A DNA stretch of 33,015 nt from an uncultured Atopobium sp. Lineage in GTDB: Bacteria > Actinomycetota > Coriobacteriia > Coriobacteriales > Atopobiaceae. The stretch is taken from contig CAJZGX010000001.1 in the NCBI GenBank assembly GCA_916048235.1, forward strand, positions 1-33,015. The letters are read 5' to 3'. Both the position numbers and the translations under genes were made by a program. Position 1 is the first letter of the stretch; each line of letters starts with the position of its first letter. Shown here one piece after another: positions 28,132 to 33,015 of this stretch. The notes under the pieces are model-generated. The model saw only the letters and a program-made list of their open reading frames with translations. It had not been told where the DNA came from and ran no database searches.

Positions 28132-28262
28132 AAATAATAAAGAGTGCCAGATTTAATCAATAAAAAAGTAAGGGCTTTGTATTTTTATAGGTTCGGTAAA
28201 ACGGTATAGTAGGCATAAAAAATTATCAGAGAGGCGTCATTTTATATGACGGATAGTGTCGT

Positions 28263-28988
28263 ATGGGGGAGTTCATGGGCGAGAAGCGCGATTATATTAC
28301 GTTAGAAGTCATACATCACAATGCTTATGAACAACAGCCTGCAGAAGAACCTGAAGCTCCAGCGCCTTCTATTTCTCATATTCGTGCTGAAGCTCGTACT
28401 AAGAAAAGCGCAGCTACACGTAAGCGTATTATGCACGAGACAACCAAGCTCATGCTTGCTCGTGGAAATACCAACTTCAAAATGAGTGAGATTTCTGATA
28501 GAGCTCGTCTTTCAAAGGGTGCACTATATTACTACTTTTCCGATAGAGAGGCCCTTTTGCAGGCAATCTTTGACGAGAGCGTTGATGAGCTTGCAAAAGA
28601 TATTGCGCATACCATTGGTAATAAGCCTGCCTCAAAAGAGACGCTTCATGCAATCATCGCTCAACTTGCTGCTCATATTCTGCCTGACTCACCTTTGGTT
28701 TTGGCTTTAATTAACAAGCTTGCAAGCTCTGAGCAGGCACTTATTACCAACATTGAGGGCCCACTTTCTCGCGTGGTTGTTCTTCTTGCTAATCAGCTTG
28801 AGATGGGAAAATTGCAAGGCTTTATTCGTCAGAGCGTTGATTCAAGACTTGCTGCCTGTTCTATTACGGGTGCATTGGTTCTCTCGGCCATTGGTCTGAT
28901 GGGAGAGCGCCACGGTGCGGAGGGTTCTGATGAGCTTGCACAGAATCTGCTAGATATGACACTTGCTGGTATTGGAATAGACGAATAA
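28263..28988 (+). CDS. TetR/AcrR family transcriptional regulator (start may be 28275)
   Basis: TRKRIM...MSEISDRARLSKGALYYYFSDREALL helix-turn-helix and a helical C-terminal domain. Confidence 0.9.
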   Translation: MGEFMGEKRDYITLEVIHHNAYEQQPAEEPEAPAPSISHIRAEARTKKSAATRKRIMHETTKLMLARGNTNFKMSEISDRARLSKGALYYYFSDREALLQAIFDESVDELAKDIAHTIGNKPASKETLHAIIAQLAAHILPDSPLVLALINKLASSEQALITNIEGPLSRVVVLLANQLEMGKLQGFIRQSVDSRLAACSITGALVLSAIGLMGERHGAEGSDELAQNLLDMTLAGIGIDE

Positions 28989-29041
28989 TAGACGAGTAAT
29001 CATACGAGTTTTTGCATAATGCCAGGTTAACTATGCTATTT

Positions 29042-29069
29042 AAAGAGCGCCCTTGTGGTGCTCTTTTTT
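29042..29069 (+). terminator. Intrinsic terminator after the TetR gene
   Basis: AAAGAGCGCC-CTTGT-GGTGCTCTTT followed by TTT. Confidence 0.8.
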
Positions 29070-29189
29070 ACAATTTTCTTGACTGATCCTGCTCAAAAGT
29101 GTCTTTGGTGGGTATAGTAAGAGTGGTTGCGCGTAGAAGAACGCAAATATTCTGCATAAGCAGAGAAGCCATGCGTGAAAGGATAGTTC

Positions 29190-30452
29190 ATGGCACACAA
29201 AAACTATTTGTTTACCTCAGAAAGTGTTACTGAGGGACATCCAGACAAGGTTTGTGATCAGATTTCTGACGCAATCCTTGATGCAATCCTGGCAAAAGAG
29301 GCGGAGCTTGAAGAGCGTGGGTACGTTTCTCCAAGTGGTGTTCCTGCTTGCTTGGACAACGTTCGTTGTGCATGTGAGACTTTTGCTACTACAGGAACTA
29401 TTGTGGTAGCAGGAGAGATCCGCACTCAATCCTACGTTGATGTCCAGGAGATTGTTCGTAATACTCTCAGAAATATTGGCTACGACCGCGCTAAGTATGG
29501 TTTTGACTGCGAGACCTGCGGCGTTTTAAGCCTCATTCACGAACAAAGCCCCGATATTGCTCAGGGCGTTGATCAGTCCTATGACACGCAGGCAGGACGT
29601 ACTACCGATCCGCTTGATCTTATCGGCGCAGGCGATCAGGGTATGATGTTTGGCTTTGCCTCTGATGAAACTGATGTTCTTATGCCAATGCCAGCTTACC
29701 TGGCTCAGCGTCTGGCTCAGCGCCTTTCAGAGGTGCGTAAGTCTGGCGAGGTTGAGTACTTGCGTCCAGATGGTAAGACTCAGGTTACCGTTCGTTATGA
29801 GGACGAGAAACCCGTTGAGGTCACAGCTATTGTTGTCTCCACGCAGCACGCTCCAGAGATTGAGGACATGTCCGTTATCAAGCAGGACATGATTGACCAC
29901 GTTATTGCTCCTGTTATGAGCGAGGTCAACATTGCTTGGGATAACGCTGACATTTACGTTAATCCAACTGGTCGCTTTGTTGTTGGCGGACCTATGGGAG
30001 ACACAGGTCTTACCGGTAGAAAGATTATTGTTGATACCTATGGCGGTATGGGCCGTCATGGTGGCGGCGCTTTCTCTGGAAAGGATTGCACCAAGGTTGA
30101 CCGTTCAGCAGCATATGCAGCACGCTGGGTTGCCAAAAACGTCGTAGCAGCAGGCCTTGCAAAGAAGTGTGAAGTTCAGCTTGCTTATGCCATTGGCGTT
30201 TCTCATCCACTGTCTATCATGGTTGATACCTTTGGCACTGGCATTGTTGACGATGCTGTTATTGAGCAGGCTATCGAGAAGGTCTTTGATCTTCGTCCTG
30301 GTGCCATTATTAGAGATCTTAAGCTGCGCCGTCCTATCTTCTCTAAGACAGCAGCATACGGTCACTTTGGCCGCAAAGACCCAGACTTCACATGGGAAGC
30401 AACTGATCGTGTTCAGGAGCTTAAGGACGCAGTTTCTGCAATTCAGGCATAA
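29190..30452 (+). CDS. metK: S-adenosylmethionine synthetase
   Basis: [50 protein letters not shown] and YGHFG; SD AAAGGA. Confidence 0.99.
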   Translation: MAHKNYLFTSESVTEGHPDKVCDQISDAILDAILAKEAELEERGYVSPSGVPACLDNVRCACETFATTGTIVVAGEIRTQSYVDVQEIVRNTLRNIGYDRAKYGFDCETCGVLSLIHEQSPDIAQGVDQSYDTQAGRTTDPLDLIGAGDQGMMFGFASDETDVLMPMPAYLAQRLAQRLSEVRKSGEVEYLRPDGKTQVTVRYEDEKPVEVTAIVVSTQHAPEIEDMSVIKQDMIDHVIAPVMSEVNIAWDNADIYVNPTGRFVVGGPMGDTGLTGRKIIVDTYGGMGRHGGGAFSGKDCTKVDRSAAYAARWVAKNVVAAGLAKKCEVQLAYAIGVSHPLSIMVDTFGTGIVDDAVIEQAIEKVFDLRPGAIIRDLKLRRPIFSKTAAYGHFGRKDPDFTWEATDRVQELKDAVSAIQA

Positions 30453-30457
30453 CGTTC

Positions 30458-32614
30458 TTACAAGGTAATCTTGTACAACCTCATAGAACCTTCTTCCAGC
30501 ACCACCTCAAAACCTGGGGTGGTGTCTGTTATTTGTGTGATACCTCTGAAGGTTCCAGGCTTGTAGGTACTGGTAACAGCGTTGGAGTAATCAACAACGT
30601 TATTCAGAATAAGGACGTACTGCACGTTAAGGTCGTGTGCCGTCTGAAGCACCTCGGGGTCGCTAGCAATGCGATTAAGACGTTTGCGAAGAATTGCACT
30701 TGCGGGACGTTCTGAGGCGTCATAGCCGTTAGGGAAGCGCCAGAGCACGTGTAAGTCATTAGTGCCATACGCCCAAAGGCTGCCATCTTGTGGCAGGTTG
30801 GCAATAACGGCACCTGCAGGAACGGTAAGTTCTACGCGGCGCAAAAATTCAAGCTCCTCTGAGGTCAAAATGTAGTGATCACCATAGGCCTTCTCGGAAG
30901 CTTGTTTAAAGGCAAGAGCAGCAGGAATTGGCTCTTCTGATTTAAGATTAGGCGTCGGGACCACATAGTTGAGCACAACTACGCACGCTATAACTGCACC
31001 AGCAATCAGAGGCTTAGCCCAAACGTTACAAAAGACGCAGGTCTGAGCTTTAGTTTGAGCCTGAGAAGCTTTTTCTCTCCAGGAGGCAAACGTTTCCAGA
31101 GCGGCCTCGGCAAGAGTTGCCAGGCCAAGCGCTGCCAGCGGAATTGCCATAATGATGCAGCTTGCCGCAATGCGGAACGGATCGGTATACCAAAATCCCG
31201 AGAGATATCCCTTCAGAGGAACGTCAAACGTAATAATAAAAATGCAGAGTATAGACAGGTACATAAAGGCAGATACCATCCATCGAGCCTGCTTGTGCTT
31301 AAACGTCCATACAGCGCCTACAAGCACGCAGATTGAAAGTATCGGTTGTGGAGAAACAAGCTCTCCACCTGCGTACGACTGTCCAATAAAGTCCATACCA
31401 AGAGCGTGCAAAATAGCATCTTGCAGGCTCGAGTAGGCGCTCCACCAGAAATTGAGAGCCACGCCTCGAACAATCAAAACGTAGTAGAAAACAGACCAAA
31501 TAACCAGCGCAAAGATAAAGAATACGTATGCCAGCGTAACAGGCTTGATTTGTTTTCCAAAGAGAACAACTCTGCGTTTTGACTCTCCAATGCGCGCAAA
31601 ACTCCAAGGTAAAAGCACAACAATTGACGAGAAAATCGTGGAAGGATGCAAGATAAAGAGGGTAATCAAGCCAAGAACAAATATGACAATAAGCCAGATA
31701 AGGTCGTGTTTTGGTGTTTTTGAGCGAGTCATCTGCATAAAAATCCACCAAATAGAAGGCATTACACAGAAAGCTACGGTGTTAGGAAAGATTGGTCCAT
31801 AGATGAGAAGCGACCAAGGGAAAACAAAAAATGCTAGGCAAACAAAAGCTCCACTGATAAGCGCAATGCGATGTTTAGGAAGAACTTTTGCAATAAGTGA
31901 GCAGATTGAGAGCGGAAAGATAATTGCTGCACTGACAAAGTTGAGTGCATTACCTGCAATAGGAACGGTTGTAGAAACAAGCTGCGTTGTTAGTGCAACA
32001 ATGATGTTCCAACCCGAGGGATAAAATCCTGAGGAGCCCGGTTCCCAAGGAGTAATGGCAGTTTCGACGGTGCTATAAAAGTCATAGTGAATGGATGAGT
32101 ACTTTTGAGACTCAATCATTGCCTGCGTGACATCTAAGTGATGCACAATGTCCCAGCCCTGAACAAAGGAGCTGGCAGAGGGTAGGGTTGGTAAGAAGAG
32201 AAACCCTACGGTAAGAAGACCAATTGCAACGTACAGAAGAGGCATCCAGAGGGGGAGTTCTTCGCAGACAAATGCTGGTACAGGGCTAGTTGATTGCTCG
32301 CCAGCGCGTATTGCTTCGGATTTGTTGGGTTTCTCGCCCCTGAGGTCTTCTTTGTGTTTGGGTGCAACATAATAAACGTAGCCATTGACTAGAACTGCGA
32401 TAAGCAGCGGGACAAGAACCATGACAGCCAAGGGGATGGGGATGTTCAGTGCGCTAAAGATTTCTCCCTCAATAAAGAAGAGTGCGCAGCTGACCAAAGG
32501 AGCACTAACAAGTGCCCAGGGCTTTGGCGTGCCGGAGGCATGCAGCAAAATGATGCCCGGTACGTAGAGCAGGGCAATAATGACAACTACACTTTGGAAG
32601 AACTCAAGCCACAT
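30458..32614 (-). CDS. Large polytopic membrane protein, DUF6541-like (possible GT-C fold glycosyltransferase)
   Basis: About 14 hydrophobic segments; loop motifs QGWDIVHH, FYPSGW, HPS and GFWYTDPFR; soluble C-terminal domain (NLPQDGSLWAY, LNVQYVL, PGFEVV). Family recognised from memory only. Confidence 0.65.
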   Translation of the reverse strand: MWLEFFQSVVVIIALLYVPGIILLHASGTPKPWALVSAPLVSCALFFIEGEIFSALNIPIPLAVMVLVPLLIAVLVNGYVYYVAPKHKEDLRGEKPNKSEAIRAGEQSTSPVPAFVCEELPLWMPLLYVAIGLLTVGFLFLPTLPSASSFVQGWDIVHHLDVTQAMIESQKYSSIHYDFYSTVETAITPWEPGSSGFYPSGWNIIVALTTQLVSTTVPIAGNALNFVSAAIIFPLSICSLIAKVLPKHRIALISGAFVCLAFFVFPWSLLIYGPIFPNTVAFCVMPSIWWIFMQMTRSKTPKHDLIWLIVIFVLGLITLFILHPSTIFSSIVVLLPWSFARIGESKRRVVLFGKQIKPVTLAYVFFIFALVIWSVFYYVLIVRGVALNFWWSAYSSLQDAILHALGMDFIGQSYAGGELVSPQPILSICVLVGAVWTFKHKQARWMVSAFMYLSILCIFIITFDVPLKGYLSGFWYTDPFRIAASCIIMAIPLAALGLATLAEAALETFASWREKASQAQTKAQTCVFCNVWAKPLIAGAVIACVVVLNYVVPTPNLKSEEPIPAALAFKQASEKAYGDHYILTSEELEFLRRVELTVPAGAVIANLPQDGSLWAYGTNDLHVLWRFPNGYDASERPASAILRKRLNRIASDPEVLQTAHDLNVQYVLILNNVVDYSNAVTSTYKPGTFRGITQITDTTPGFEVVLEEGSMRLYKITL

Positions 32615-32737
32615 CCTGATCCAATCAAGGTGTTAGTAAAAATTCTTATACTTCTGGGTCACACGACTGGGCGTGACAGTTATTTCAAACAGACTGGTCT
32701 ATTTTACGATAGAAGCAAAAGTGGTGTTGAGATAAAC

Positions 32738-32762
32738 AAAAAGGACTTCCGAAGAAGTCCTT
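32738..32762 (-). terminator. Intrinsic terminator after the tRNA pair
   Basis: Minus strand AAGGACTTC-TTCG-GAAGTCCTT-TTT: perfect 9-bp stem, C(UUCG)G tetraloop and U tract. Confidence 0.9.
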
Positions 32763-32769
32763 GAACATT

Positions 32770-32846
32770 TGGTAGCCCGTACCAGATTCGAACTGGTGAT
32801 CTCCGCCTTGAGAGGGCGGCGTCCTGAACCGCTAGACGAACGGGCC
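32770..32846 (-). tRNA. tRNA-Glu (anticodon CTC)
   Basis: GGCCCGTTCGTCTAGCGGTTCAGGACGCCGCCCT-CTC-AAGGCGGAGATCACCAGTTCGAATCTGGTACGGGCTACCA; full cloverleaf with encoded CCA. Confidence 0.97.
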
Positions 32847-32865
32847 ATGTATGACTGGGAGGACA

Positions 32866-32939
32866 TGGCTGGGATAGAGAGAGTCGAACTCCCGTTGACG
32901 GAACCAGAATCCGCTGTCCTACCACTAGACGATATCCCA
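32866..32939 (-). tRNA. tRNA-Gln (anticodon CTG)
   Basis: TGGGATATCGTCTAGTGGTAGGACAGCGGATT-CTG-GTTCCGTCAACGGGAGTTCGACTCTCTCTATCCCAGCCA; cloverleaf with encoded CCA. Confidence 0.97.
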
Positions 32940-32972
32940 AGATGTCATCCGTGCGCATCAGCGCGAGAAATA

Positions 32973-33001
32973 ACTATAAAGGAGACTTGTCAGAGATGCA
33001 A
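32973..33001 (-). promoter_or_regulatory. Sigma70-type promoter of the tRNA-Gln/tRNA-Glu operon
   Basis: Minus strand TTGCAT-N17-TATAGT, about 33 nt upstream of tRNA-Gln. Confidence 0.75.
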
Positions 33002-33015
33002 GAGATCGGAGAGCG

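Noticed and set aside
29007..29040. dif-like site (GCATAATG...)
   Set aside because: The XerD arm TTATGTTAAAT/TTATGTCAAGT is absent; only a short GCATA/TATGC dyad.
32615..32846. Genomic island integrated at tRNA-Glu
   Set aside because: I saw no duplicated tRNA 3' end and no integrase beside it; the native terminator follows the tRNA directly.
32704..32958. 84-aa minus-strand ORF
   Set aside because: It is a translation of the two tRNA genes.

Overview
Core-chromosome window from a moderate-GC actinobacterium. Gene content and protein style suggest Coriobacteriia (Atopobiaceae-like); this is an inference. Gene order: nadK (5'-truncated)-recN-pyrG-xerD; a 438-bp regulatory intergenic region; an intact division/cell-wall (dcw) cluster (mraZ-rsmH-ftsL-ftsI-murF-mraY-murD-ftsW-murG-murC-murB-ftsQ-ftsZ-pgeF-yggS-sepF-yggT-divIVA, with no murE, ddl or ftsA); a minus-strand two-gene cassette (TIGR03916-type radical SAM/HhH protein plus TIGR03915/DUF4130 partner); a CCA-adding enzyme; a TetR regulator; metK; a DUF6541-like membrane protein; and a tRNA-Gln(CTG)/tRNA-Glu(CTC) pair. 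No mobile element, CRISPR array or pseudogene was seen. Most interesting signals: (1) the biochemically uncharacterised radical SAM/DUF4130 cassette has two LexA (SOS) boxes and a C-terminal QLRLF sliding-clamp-type motif, suggesting a damage-inducible, clamp-associated DNA repair/modification system; (2) the pyrG leader has the geometry of enteric pyrC-type CTP-sensing start-site switching (C6-C7-C8-G9 plus a hairpin that hides the SD); (3) the dcw promoter holds MraZ-box-like arrays, an NrdR-box-like site and a leader hairpin; (4) an FtsR-like dyad lies upstream of ftsZ; (5) metK has a compact structured leader. All family assignments come from motif recognition by eye; no searches were run.
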